Shown here: positions 50,354 through 59,838 of the stretch, in pieces | Position numbering within the stretch: the first letter of the stretch is position 1 | Layout: the number at the start of each line of letters is the position of its first letter | Assembly (NCBI GenBank): GCA_963793425.1 | Contig: CAWCAG010000007.1 | Coordinates: forward strand, 1,024,001-1,088,000 | From: an uncultured cyanobacterium | GTDB taxonomy: Bacteria; Cyanobacteriota; Cyanobacteriia; Cyanobacteriales; CAWCAG01 | Length of the DNA: 64,000 nt | Reading direction: 5' to 3' | The notes under the pieces: generated by a model | Databases searched by the model: none | What the model saw: the letters and a program-made list of their open reading frames with translations, nothing else | What the model was told of the DNA's origin: nothing | Position numbers and translations under genes: made by a program

Positions 50354-51181
50354 TCACACTTCCTTGTGATGTTTTTCGTGATTTTTGAGTTGATCTTGGG
50401 TGACTTCCCCTCCTCCCATTAAATCTGTTGTAGCTTCTGTTAACTTAGCAGGATCCATGAAGACGATCTTAGAGTTAGCACTACCACTCAACCTCTCATT
50501 AGCATCCACATACTGCTGAGCAATCAGATACTTCAAAACCTGCTGACTATCAGGTTGATTTTGGATGGCACTAGAAATAATCTTAATGGATTCAACCTTC
50601 GCTTCCGCCTCAGCAATTTCTGCTCTTTTCTTACTTTGAGCAATTCTTTCTGTTTCAATGGAATCGAGTACATCTTGGGAAGGAGTCATTTCCCTTACTT
50701 CCACACGGGTTACTTTAACCCCCCAACTAGATGTTGCTTCGTCTAATACTTCTGACAACTTCCGGTTAATGCGATCGCGAGAAGAATAGGTTTCGTCTAA
50801 TTCTAGCTGACCAATTTCTGAACGCAAAGCTGGGGTAACTAATTCTTCAATGGCTTCTTCGAGGTTTTCGACAGCATAATAAGCTTTAGCTAAATCAAGA
50901 ATTTGCCAATAAACTAAAGCATCCGCTTTCACTTCTACTTTATCTTGGGTAATTGCACTCTGGGGAGGGATATCCAACAGTCTTTCTCGGACAGTCTCCT
51001 CTACGACAATACTGTCTAAGAAAGGCACAATGAAATTAAGACCAGGCTCTAATTTTTTGCGATACCTACCCAAACGTTCTACTAAAGCCTCATTACCTTG
51101 ATTAACAACTTTGGTTGAACCAACACTGTAACCAGTGGCTATCAACATGATGGGGACAATGACGGAGAAAAAAGTTTCCAT
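50354..51181 (-). CDS. SPFH/stomatin (band 7) protein
   Basis: LVERLGRY..LEPGLNFIVPFLD, LRSEIGQLELDETYSSR, WGVKVTRVE. Confidence 0.92.
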   Translation of the reverse strand: METFFSVIVPIMLIATGYSVGSTKVVNQGNEALVERLGRYRKKLEPGLNFIVPFLDSIVVEETVRERLLDIPPQSAITQDKVEVKADALVYWQILDLAKAYYAVENLEEAIEELVTPALRSEIGQLELDETYSSRDRINRKLSEVLDEATSSWGVKVTRVEVREMTPSQDVLDSIETERIAQSKKRAEIAEAEAKVESIKIISSAIQNQPDSQQVLKYLIAQQYVDANERLSGSANSKIVFMDPAKLTEATTDLMGGGEVTQDQLKNHEKHHKEV

Positions 51182-51471
51182 AATTCCTAAATTTCACTTA
51201 TCGGGAGACTTCAAGATTAACCAAAGGGCAGGCTCTCAATTTTGGTCATATTCATTCTAGTTAATCGTCAACTATAATCTACCATTTCTCTAGCTTTAGG
51301 GAGAAAAATTGGTTGATAAGGCTATGGGAACTCAATCTAATCGCCAATAATACCAGTAAACTACAGAGATTAGCGCTGATGGTTATTCTATTGTTACTTA
51401 CCTAGAGGCGAGAAGGTTTTGCCCCTGTCTTGACGCTGTTTCCGATCATGCAATTGCTATAAAGAATCTGA

Positions 51472-52101
51472 ATGAAAGCAAATTACCAGTTTCATGAAGA
51501 GTTAAACTTCTTTTTACCTTCTCGCCAGAAAGAAGTAGGTTTTGACTACGAATTTAAAGGAAACCCTGCCATTAAAGATACGATAGAGTCTTTAGGGGTT
51601 CCTCATACTGAAGTTAATCAAATTGTGGTTAATGACAAAAGTGTAGATTTCTCCTATTTGCTTAAAGATGGCGATCACGTTGAAGTTTATCCTATTTCCC
51701 TGCCCCAGAAAATATCTCTCAGGTTAAATTAAGACCAGATTTGCCAAAAACTATTGCTTTTGTTTTGGATGTTCATTTAGGCAAGCTGGCTTCTTCTTTG
51801 CGGATGCTAGGTTTTGATACTTGGTATCGTAACGATTATGATGATGAAGAGTTGGCTATCATTTCTGCTACTAAAAATCGTATTTTATTAACTCGCGATA
51901 CGGGGTTATTAATGCGTAGTTTAGTTACCCACGGTTATTATGTTCGTTCCACCAATCCCGAAGAACAATTAGGCGAAGTTTTAAAGCGTTTCAATCTTTG
52001 TGATTTAATTCAACCTTTCCAACGTTGTATTCGCTGCAATGGTAATTTAGAAGCCGTTGACAAAGAAGCTAATTGATTCTGTTATTAAGGATGCTTCCTG
52101 A
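51472..52101 (+). pseudogene. Ubiquitin-like + Mut7-C RNase gene, frameshifted and internally deleted
   Basis: Ub-like IKDTIESLGVPHTEV; frameshift near 51697-51700 (other frame reads APENISQVKLRPDLPK into FVLDVHLGKLA…RILLTRD…CIRCN); second CxxC missing; tail LIDSVIKDAS-stop in another frame. Confidence 0.8.
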
Positions 52102-52223
52102 AAGAAAAAAAAGCGATAAGCTAGTTGCTAGTCGCTAGTTGCTAAAATCTTAGACTTGGTGAGTATGTTTTATTAATTGGAGTACTCTGAACCCTCTCCT
52201 CGTTATCCAGTTTGCCTAACAGC

Positions 52224-53516
52224 TTATGTGGCAGATTCCTCTTCAATCTTTGGGGTAGGAGGAGAAAGAGTAGGAATAATTGTCCCCCGAACATAATTGT
52301 CAATTTCCGCTGCTTTTTCTTGATTATTTTGCTGGAGATAAAGCTTCTTCGCTTCAATCAGAAAAGAAACCGCTTCTTCTGTACGTCCAGTTTTATGTAA
52401 ACAAACCCCAAGATTATGGAAAGCTGGGGCAAGATTAGGATCAAGAAAAATAGCTTCTTGGTAGCTGGAAATCGCTGTCTCACACTGATCTGAACGCTGG
52501 TAAGCCACCCCTAAATTGTAGCTAAGCACCGGATCTCTTGAACTAGAATCACCATCAAGACTTTTAGCTTTCTCTAATGCCTCTGCTGCCCCATTGAAAT
52601 TGCCTTGCTTAAGACGAACAATCCCTAACTGACGATAAGCACCAGCATTATTGTTATCAAGTCTTGCTGCTTGTTCAAACCTACCCCGCGCTGCGTCATA
52701 ATTTTCTAGTTGCAGATAAACTAAACCTAAATTGTATTGAACTTGTGGGTCATTAGGAGCAACTTGAGAGGCTTTATTCAGGTTATTTCTAGCTAATTCT
52801 AACTGGCCTTCATTAGCGTATAAAAGTCCAAGTTGATAATAAGCTGGGGCAAAGTTAGGATCAATAGCTAAAGCTTGCTCAATTTGACCAATAGCCTGCT
52901 CTCTTCGTCCTTGCTTAATAGCAATTAACCCCTGATTATATAGAGGCTGAGGGTCATCAGGATTGAGATTGCTAGCTTGCTGAAAAGATTGATTGGCTTG
53001 GGTATAATCGCCTTGACTATATAAAACCAGACCCTGATTATAATAAGCTTGGGTAAAATCGGGATCTAGTTCTATGGTGCGCTGAAACTGGGCATTCGCT
53101 TCTTCGACATCACCTTGTCGGTACAAAGCTAAACCTAAATTATAGTGAGCATCGGTCATGTTAGGTTCATAACCAATGGTTTGTCGATAATGAGCGATCG
53201 CCTTAGCTAATTTCCCTTCTTCTGCATAAACATTGGCCAGCATATAATGAGCCATAGCCATGTAAGGCTCAGCTTCCAAAGCCTCTATAAAAAACTCTCT
53301 AGCTTTTTGTTTATTGCCTCGATTATAAGCCGTCATCCCTTGTTGAAAGGATGCTGCGGCTTCAAAATTATTCGTATAAAGCCCATTGACTACTTGTTTA
53401 CTTCTTGGCTGCTGTTTTAAATTTTCTGCCCTGACGCTACCAGAATTAATAGCCCCCAAGCTGATTAAAATTGCTACTGCTAGCTTAAAAATTTGCTGAT
53501 GTTTATATTTCCGCAT
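52224..53516 (-). CDS. Exported TPR-repeat protein
   Basis: Signal peptide; about 10 34-aa repeats with AxYNLG. Confidence 0.92.
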   Translation of the reverse strand: MRKYKHQQIFKLAVAILISLGAINSGSVRAENLKQQPRSKQVVNGLYTNNFEAAASFQQGMTAYNRGNKQKAREFFIEALEAEPYMAMAHYMLANVYAEEGKLAKAIAHYRQTIGYEPNMTDAHYNLGLALYRQGDVEEANAQFQRTIELDPDFTQAYYNQGLVLYSQGDYTQANQSFQQASNLNPDDPQPLYNQGLIAIKQGRREQAIGQIEQALAIDPNFAPAYYQLGLLYANEGQLELARNNLNKASQVAPNDPQVQYNLGLVYLQLENYDAARGRFEQAARLDNNNAGAYRQLGIVRLKQGNFNGAAEALEKAKSLDGDSSSRDPVLSYNLGVAYQRSDQCETAISSYQEAIFLDPNLAPAFHNLGVCLHKTGRTEEAVSFLIEAKKLYLQQNNQEKAAEIDNYVRGTIIPTLSPPTPKIEEESAT

Positions 53517-53636
53517 TGGTAGTTGCTAGTTAATATCCACTCTTTTAATTATTTAACCCAATTTACTCTGCTTCTAGTTAACTTTCATCTGTCTTAGGTG
53601 ACTGGGGGATGGGGTGACGACTCACTTCTCAAATGT

Positions 53637-54989
53637 TTAATGATTAATGATCATCGCCTCATTTATGGGTAACCAAACAATAAAAGTAGTTCCAGGGGCT
53701 AATAGATTATCTTCTCGCCCTTCAACAGGACTAATCAACTCAATTTCCCCCTGCATTTGTTCTAGCAATTCCTTCGCGATCGCTAAACCCAAACCACTAC
53801 CTTGAATATCTCCTTGGGATTGTACCCCCCGATAATGACGCTCAAAAATATGTTTTTGATCTTGGGGAGGAATACCTGGCCCCTCGTCGTAAATAGCAAT
53901 ACCTTGAAAAATTGTTTGAGCTGTTTGTCTTTCTAAACTACGAAGATAAATCTTTCCCCCTGGAGGAGTATATTTTAAGGCATTATCAATTAAATTATTG
54001 AGAACTTCCCTTAAAGCTAAAGGATTTGCTTTAACCGGAGGTAAATCAGGGGCAATCTCTGAAATTAATTGGAGCTTTCTTTCTTGGGCGATCGCCTCAG
54101 CAGAAATCAACAGGGGTTCTAAAACTTCTTCTACTTGAAAAGATGATAACTCTAGCTTGCCGGGTAACAAAGATAGTGTTGAGTTTCCCGACGCTTTTGA
54201 ACTAGCCTCAAGAATCAAAGACTCCTCTTCTACCTCCATTTGCTCAAGATAAAGATCCATTTGTTGCAACAATTCTTGAAGACGATCGCTTTCACGAATC
54301 ATACTCTTAGCCAGTTTGTGGTTGCGATCTCCAGGCAACAAACGCTTCAACAACAATTTACTAAAAGTACGTAAAGCAGTTAAAGGATTGCGTAATTGAT
54401 GGAGCAAATCATCTAATCGATCCTTTTGATTGAGGGCAAAGTTCTTTTGCTCATTTAACTTCTGTTTGTACCATTTTTGCCTTTTATCCAACAAATAAGC
54501 AATAGTTAATGTTCTAGCAATATTTTCAATTTGAGCCAACTCATTATCATTCCAGTCGCGATCTTCGCGCCTAGTTACCAACAAACCCATAACAACTTCT
54601 TCATGGATCAAGGGCAAAACTATTTGATGTTGACCTAATAAAAGCTCTTCAACTAATATTTCTCCATTCCGAGACTGGGAATTAGTAGCATCAGTTTCTG
54701 TTTCGGTTTTATTTATTCCATCAAGTAATTTCGGACTAGAGTCAACCTGTCTCCAAGTTTCTGGAGATAAAGCTAAAGTCTGCTTATTCTGCCAAACTGC
54801 TACTTCAGGATGAACTGCTACAGGTATCAATTTACGGCTTTCCTCTAGCCACCCTTGGGTCAAATAAACAGCACTCCAAGCTGCACCTAACGTTTTAGTT
54901 AGGATAGCAATCTGAGCTTGACAGAGGGCGACAAATTCTTGGCTAGCTGGAACGAACATGAAGTTGGACTCAAGTATTTTTCTTCCCAC
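53637..54989 (-). CDS. hik2: GAF-domain histidine kinase Hik2 (CSK homologue)
   Basis: ASQEFVALCQAQ, GLLVTRREDRDW, DLLHQLRNPLTALRTF, GSGLGLAI; start probably ATG at 54959. Confidence 0.85.
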   Translation of the reverse strand: MGRKILESNFMFVPASQEFVALCQAQIAILTKTLGAAWSAVYLTQGWLEESRKLIPVAVHPEVAVWQNKQTLALSPETWRQVDSSPKLLDGINKTETETDATNSQSRNGEILVEELLLGQHQIVLPLIHEEVVMGLLVTRREDRDWNDNELAQIENIARTLTIAYLLDKRQKWYKQKLNEQKNFALNQKDRLDDLLHQLRNPLTALRTFSKLLLKRLLPGDRNHKLAKSMIRESDRLQELLQQMDLYLEQMEVEEESLILEASSKASGNSTLSLLPGKLELSSFQVEEVLEPLLISAEAIAQERKLQLISEIAPDLPPVKANPLALREVLNNLIDNALKYTPPGGKIYLRSLERQTAQTIFQGIAIYDEGPGIPPQDQKHIFERHYRGVQSQGDIQGSGLGLAIAKELLEQMQGEIELISPVEGREDNLLAPGTTFIVWLPINEAMIINH

Positions 54990-55362
54990 TATGGATTTAG
55001 GGAGTGGGCTTTTTCATAAATTTCTGCAACAATAAGTTCATGATAGTATTTCAACCTACAATACTTTTGTTTTTGGTATTTTTAGGTCTGAAATATTTTT
55101 GAGGAGTTCCTGGCTTTAATCTTGGCTTGTGATACATCAACGCCTCAATTTATACTTTTTGTTAAAAAAATCACTTTTTTTACGAAAGCCGCTCAAACCT
55201 AGTTTTCATCAGGGATTATAGCCAATAATGTACATTGTATTTGCACGATTAGCAACTATAAATTGCTACCAAGTGGTTGATATTTTTGGTGAAACCGGAT
55301 ATACTTTCGACGGCTTTTGTAACGATGATTACAGCTATTAGCCGAAATAGGAGGTAAGCAGG

Positions 55363-55677
55363 TTGGCAAGAAAACGCAAGCGCAAAAGTCGTCGCCGTCA
55401 AGAAGGACGTAAAATTCTCGAATTAGTACCACAGCATAATTTAGAGAGCGGCGAGGACAAACCAGTGACAGCAGCACGCAAATACATTGCTTCTGAGGGA
55501 ATTGCTCCCCCAGCTTTGTTAGTCGTTAAACGGAATGAGCATACAACAGACCGCTATTTTTGGGCAGAAAAAGGTTTATTTGGCGCTCAATATGTTGAAG
55601 AAAACCATTTTCTTTTTCCCAGTTTGCGGACAATTAATCCTCAGCAAAAAGTTCTTGTAAATGCTGGAAGCAATTAA
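55363..55677 (+). CDS. DUF3155 family basic protein
   Basis: MARKRKRKSRRRQEGR…RNEHTTDRYFWAEKGLFGAQY. Confidence 0.85.
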   Translation: MARKRKRKSRRRQEGRKILELVPQHNLESGEDKPVTAARKYIASEGIAPPALLVVKRNEHTTDRYFWAEKGLFGAQYVEENHFLFPSLRTINPQQKVLVNAGSN

Positions 55678-55887
55678 TTACTTCCAGCGATTTATAATAA
55701 TTACTCTTTCGTTTTTTCTTTTTCATTGCCATTAACTATAACTAAATGGTCTGTGACAATGAACTTTATGAACTAAGCGTAGAATTATTTTTTTGCTCGT
55801 CTCCGGTTTGATATAAACGAATCGGAGACTAAACATAAAACTTATTGACCCTACTCATTCTTTCTTTATGGGTAGGGTTTTTAATAT

Positions 55888-56430
55888 TTATTTTGATAAG
55901 CTAGCAATTCTGAGAGGCCAGGCTTGCTTCAGTTGTGCTAGCTCATCGCGATGCCCTGTGACGGTCACAAGACTTTGTTGGTTATTACTATCATCTTGCT
56001 CTATTTTTAAAGCTACTTCCTCAATACGGCCAGCTTTCCGCCAATAAAATATTCCTGATAGTGGTGCTAGTATGGTTAGCAACAGAAATAGACCACCAGA
56101 AGCAGGAAAAAGGAAAGACAGCACCACAGCTAAACAAAGTAAGGCACAAACTGCTAAAACAGTCAAGAAAATTGCCAAAAACAAGCTGGGTTTAACAAAT
56201 CCTTGGAAAATAACTAAATTGTCTTGGGGTTCACTAGAAGCTACTCGATAAGCTCTCTGGGAAAAATATTGTTGCAAGGCCGGGCGAAGAGATTCCGCCG
56301 ATTCTTCTGCAACAAGTTGTAATTGTTCAATCCTTTCTTTAACCGAGGCCCGAATAAAAAAGAATAGACCCACCATCAATAACAAAGTTAAGAAAAAAGT
56401 AGAAGAAAGAATAGGATTATTCACAATCAT
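55888..56430 (-). CDS. Cofactor assembly of complex C subunit B (CCB1-like)
   Basis: STFFLTLLLMVGLFFFIRASVKER, YWRKAGR.E, GHRDEL. Confidence 0.8.
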   Translation of the reverse strand: MIVNNPILSSTFFLTLLLMVGLFFFIRASVKERIEQLQLVAEESAESLRPALQQYFSQRAYRVASSEPQDNLVIFQGFVKPSLFLAIFLTVLAVCALLCLAVVLSFLFPASGGLFLLLTILAPLSGIFYWRKAGRIEEVALKIEQDDSNNQQSLVTVTGHRDELAQLKQAWPLRIASLSK

Positions 56431-56693
56431 CTAAAAAATAAGCCAAACACTATGTATAACATTGATGGTAGCGGGTGATGGGAATCTAGAAAGGATTAAT
56501 CAAGACCTTGCCCTTTTTTTGTTCCTAGACTTAAAAATAAGTCATCCCTAAGACAGGGTGATAATCAATCAAAAGATTATAATATTAACCTCTAACTAAT
56601 TATCAATGCAGCTATCTTCAGAAAAGAAGCCGTTGAATAATTTAGGAGATCATCAAATCCTTTCTTATTCCCTAACCCAAGTAGCATCAAACA

Positions 56694-57053
56694 CTACATA
56701 GCTTGACTTTCTCTAGCGATGTAATCTCGCCAGAAGCTAGCTAATTCCTCAGTTTGCTTCCGAGCCATGGAACAAACTTGATACATCCGGCGAGGGCGGC
56801 CTCGTCCTTCAACTTTTTTCCAGTAACCTGTAATCGTCCCTTCTTCTTCCAGGAATTTCAGGGCGCTATAGAGAACCGTATCAGATAGTCGATAGGTTGG
56901 ATACCTCTTTTCTAATAACTCAATGAGTTCTGTTCCGTAAGATTCTCCTTGTAAAAGAACTGACAGTACATAACATACAGCTAGCTCTTTGTTCAAATAG
57001 AGTGGAGGAGGATTGCGGAAGAATTTGTAGATATCATCAAATTTCATGTGCAT
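56694..57053 (-). CDS. pex: PadR-family circadian period extender Pex
   Basis: FDDIYKFF.NPPP.YLNKELAVCY, SYGTELI, LSDTVLYSAL, YWKKVEGRGRPRRMY. Confidence 0.88.
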   Translation of the reverse strand: MHMKFDDIYKFFRNPPPLYLNKELAVCYVLSVLLQGESYGTELIELLEKRYPTYRLSDTVLYSALKFLEEEGTITGYWKKVEGRGRPRRMYQVCSMARKQTEELASFWRDYIARESQAM

Positions 57054-57152
57054 GTGTATTACTCGTCAAACTGCCCAATCAATATGATTGATTGAGAGAT
57101 CCTACTAATTAGTGAACTGACGATACACTCCTGATGGAAGCAAAGAAAAAAG

Positions 57153-57188
57153 TTATTGATCCTCCGCTGCTTCCTGGCGGGTCAATAA
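57153..57188 (-). terminator. Terminator-like hairpin upstream of pex
   Basis: TTATTGACCCGC…GCGGAGGATCAATAA bulged stem followed by a U-rich tract on the minus strand. Confidence 0.5.
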
Positions 57189-57862
57189 ATCAAGTGAAAA
57201 ACCTTGGTTGCTTTAGTCCATGTAGATAGAATAGATAGAACAAGTTTTGGGCGCTATTAGCTAATACAATTCTATATACTCTCGTCAGGGTTATACAGCA
57301 AATTTGGAGAGAGTATTTTGCCCGTAAGTACCAAATGCCCCTGATATGAGACGTAGAAAAGCGAACTGATGTTGCCTTTTGTTGAACATTTATTTGCATT
57401 TAAAGCTCTAAGTTCTGGTAGGCGTTTGGTATCTGCGAACCCTGCGGATTAAATCTTCTGGGAAAACACTGTTCAGTTGGAGGAAGAAACTGCTGCCCAA
57501 GTTATACTAGGGGCTAATAGAAAGCTAACAAAGCTGGGTAGAGCAATTTAACCTGTATTTGCTTAATTCGGGTAACACTTTTAAAGTATCCTGAGACAGC
57601 TTTTATACTATAACGGCTAACAGCACTTTCTAGATATACTCATAGCAGATGTTTCCCATTTCTTTTAGGAACTAAACTTATTAGCTTTTAGATCCAGTTT
57701 TATCATGGAGAAAAGAGGGGGAACTTTTCGTAGCAAAAAATACATTTAGGTTTCCTTGCTGAACTACTGACAAAAAATAAGACAACATTTTGCACACCCC
57801 GTTTTAAGTTACGGCAATTTCTTTGATAAAGCAAATAAAACTTCCCAAGATGCGAAAATCCT

Positions 57863-58435
57863 ATGAATGAACAGTCTCAACTTTCTTCTTCCTTGCGCCC
57901 TGAAGTAGAACGCGCTTCCTTAGCGATGAAGTCGTGCGGTTCTATCGGTTTTTGGATACAACTGGTTTTAGGAGTCATCTCCACCGTAACTGTTTTGTTT
58001 GCTAGTCCTGGTTTATTGAATGGGGAACAGTCTACTCCTGGGGCTGAATTTGGCATTTTTTGCGCCATTTGCGGTTTGGTCGCCCTTTGTGGAGGTATTT
58101 ACTATTCTTTCCGTTATAGAACCATTGCTAAGCTGCTCAGAAGTCCTGACGTGGCTCAACGCCCTAAGAAAGCAGATACGATTAGAGTTATTAGGATGGG
58201 GCTAATGATTAACTTAATCGGTATGGTAATTACCATTATTGGTGCAGAAGCCATTGTAGGTATTGTTTTAGCTAAAACCCTCAGTATTGCCCAAGGAACT
58301 CTTGCTACTCCCAATACAACTCAGTTTGTTAAACCCATTGACTTATTTATAATTCAAGCCAATACCAACACTATTACTGCCCATTTTGCCGGGGTTCTTG
58401 CTTCTCTTTGGTTATTGAACAGAATTACCCGTTAA
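57863..58435 (+). CDS. DUF3611 (Tic21/PIC1-like) membrane protein
   Basis: [38 protein letters not shown]. Confidence 0.8.
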   Translation: MNEQSQLSSSLRPEVERASLAMKSCGSIGFWIQLVLGVISTVTVLFASPGLLNGEQSTPGAEFGIFCAICGLVALCGGIYYSFRYRTIAKLLRSPDVAQRPKKADTIRVIRMGLMINLIGMVITIIGAEAIVGIVLAKTLSIAQGTLATPNTTQFVKPIDLFIIQANTNTITAHFAGVLASLWLLNRITR

Positions 58436-58514
58436 AGTAGTGTCTCTTGTTGGGCAAAACAGGATATTCTACAAAAAGAAAAGATATAGTCATCAGCCAT
58501 TAAATTTTAAGTTT

Positions 58515-59798
58515 GTGCTAGACCTTAAGCAAATTAGAGATAACCAAGCTTCTGTTCAAGAGCGACTTGATAGTCGCAGCGCTGGAGGTTATATTCTCCA
58601 GCCTATTTTAGACTTGGACAAACAGCAGCGAGAATTAGAAACCAAGCGGACTCAATTACAAGCCCGTAGCAACGAAATTGGTAAACTAATTGGGCAGAAA
58701 ATTAAGGGGGGAACAAATCCCCAAAGTGAAGAAATTCAAGCCTTGAAGAGTGAAGGTAACCAAGTTAAAGTTTCCTTGGCTGAGTTGGAACCCCAAGAAA
58801 AAGCACTGAAGCAAGAACGCTTGCAGTTGTTATTAACTTTGCCCAACTTACCTAGCAAATCAACTCCTCTGGGGAAAAGCGAAGCAGAGAATGTCGAAGT
58901 TAGGCGTTGGGGAGATGACTATTTACCAAGCAATGCAGCCATTCTGCCCCACTGGGAAATAGGAGAAAAGTTAGGGATTCTTGATTTTGCCAGAGCAGTT
59001 AAGGTTTCTCAAAGTCGTTTTGTCAGCTTAATTGGGGCTGGGGCAGCCTTAGAAAGGGCTTTGATTAGTTTTATGCTTGATAAGCAAATTGAGGCGGGTT
59101 ACGTCGAAGTGATGCCCCCTGTGTTGATTAATAGCGATAGCCTGCAAGGTACGGGACAGTTACCGAAATTTGCTGAAGAAAGTTTTAAGTGCCAAGATGA
59201 CGATTTGTGGTTAACTCCCACAGCAGAAGTTCCTTTAACCAACCTTTATCGGGAAGAGGTTTTAGAAGCGAGTCAATTACCCATAAATCATTGTGCTTAC
59301 ACTCCCTGTTTTCGTCGCGAAGCAGGAAGTTATGGTAAGGATACTAGGGGCTTGATTCGCTTGCACCAATTTAACAAAGTAGAATTAGTGAAGCTAGTTC
59401 ATCCTGAGCAATCGGAGGAAGAACATCAAAATTTAGTTGGGAATGCAGAGGCTATTCTTCAAGCTTTAAAGTTGCCCTATCGAGTATTAGAACTATGTAC
59501 AGGAGACCTAGGCTTCAGCGCAGCAAAATGTTATGACTTAGAGGTGTGGTTGCCCTCTTCTGGAAAATACAGAGAAATTTCTAGTTGTTCTAACTGTAGA
59601 GATTTTCAAGCAAGAAGAGCTAATATTCGTTTTAAGGAAGGGGGTAAAAAGGGGACTCAATGGGTTCATACCCTTAACGGTTCAGGATTAGCTGTCGGGC
59701 GTACTATGTCAGCAATTTTGGAAAACTATCAGCAACCTGATGGTACGGTAAAGATTCCAGAGGTGTTGCAAGCTTATTTGGGGCGAGAAATTTTGTAA
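58515..59798 (+). CDS. serS: Serine--tRNA ligase
   Basis: GTG start (MLDLKQIR), [46 protein letters not shown]. Confidence 0.97.
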   Translation: MLDLKQIRDNQASVQERLDSRSAGGYILQPILDLDKQQRELETKRTQLQARSNEIGKLIGQKIKGGTNPQSEEIQALKSEGNQVKVSLAELEPQEKALKQERLQLLLTLPNLPSKSTPLGKSEAENVEVRRWGDDYLPSNAAILPHWEIGEKLGILDFARAVKVSQSRFVSLIGAGAALERALISFMLDKQIEAGYVEVMPPVLINSDSLQGTGQLPKFAEESFKCQDDDLWLTPTAEVPLTNLYREEVLEASQLPINHCAYTPCFRREAGSYGKDTRGLIRLHQFNKVELVKLVHPEQSEEEHQNLVGNAEAILQALKLPYRVLELCTGDLGFSAAKCYDLEVWLPSSGKYREISSCSNCRDFQARRANIRFKEGGKKGTQWVHTLNGSGLAVGRTMSAILENYQQPDGTVKIPEVLQAYLGREIL

Positions 59799-59838
59799 CT
59801 AGCAAACAGTAGGAAAAGAAATAAAGCAATGGGTAGGT

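Noticed and set aside
51690..51745. Programmed frameshift joining the Ub and Mut7-C ORFs
   Set aside because: No clear slippery heptamer with a downstream structure, and a second lesion downstream indicates decay
57190..57399. 69-aa ORF as a confident CDS
   Set aside because: Composition is not protein-like and no family is recognisable; kept only as part of the leader hypothesis
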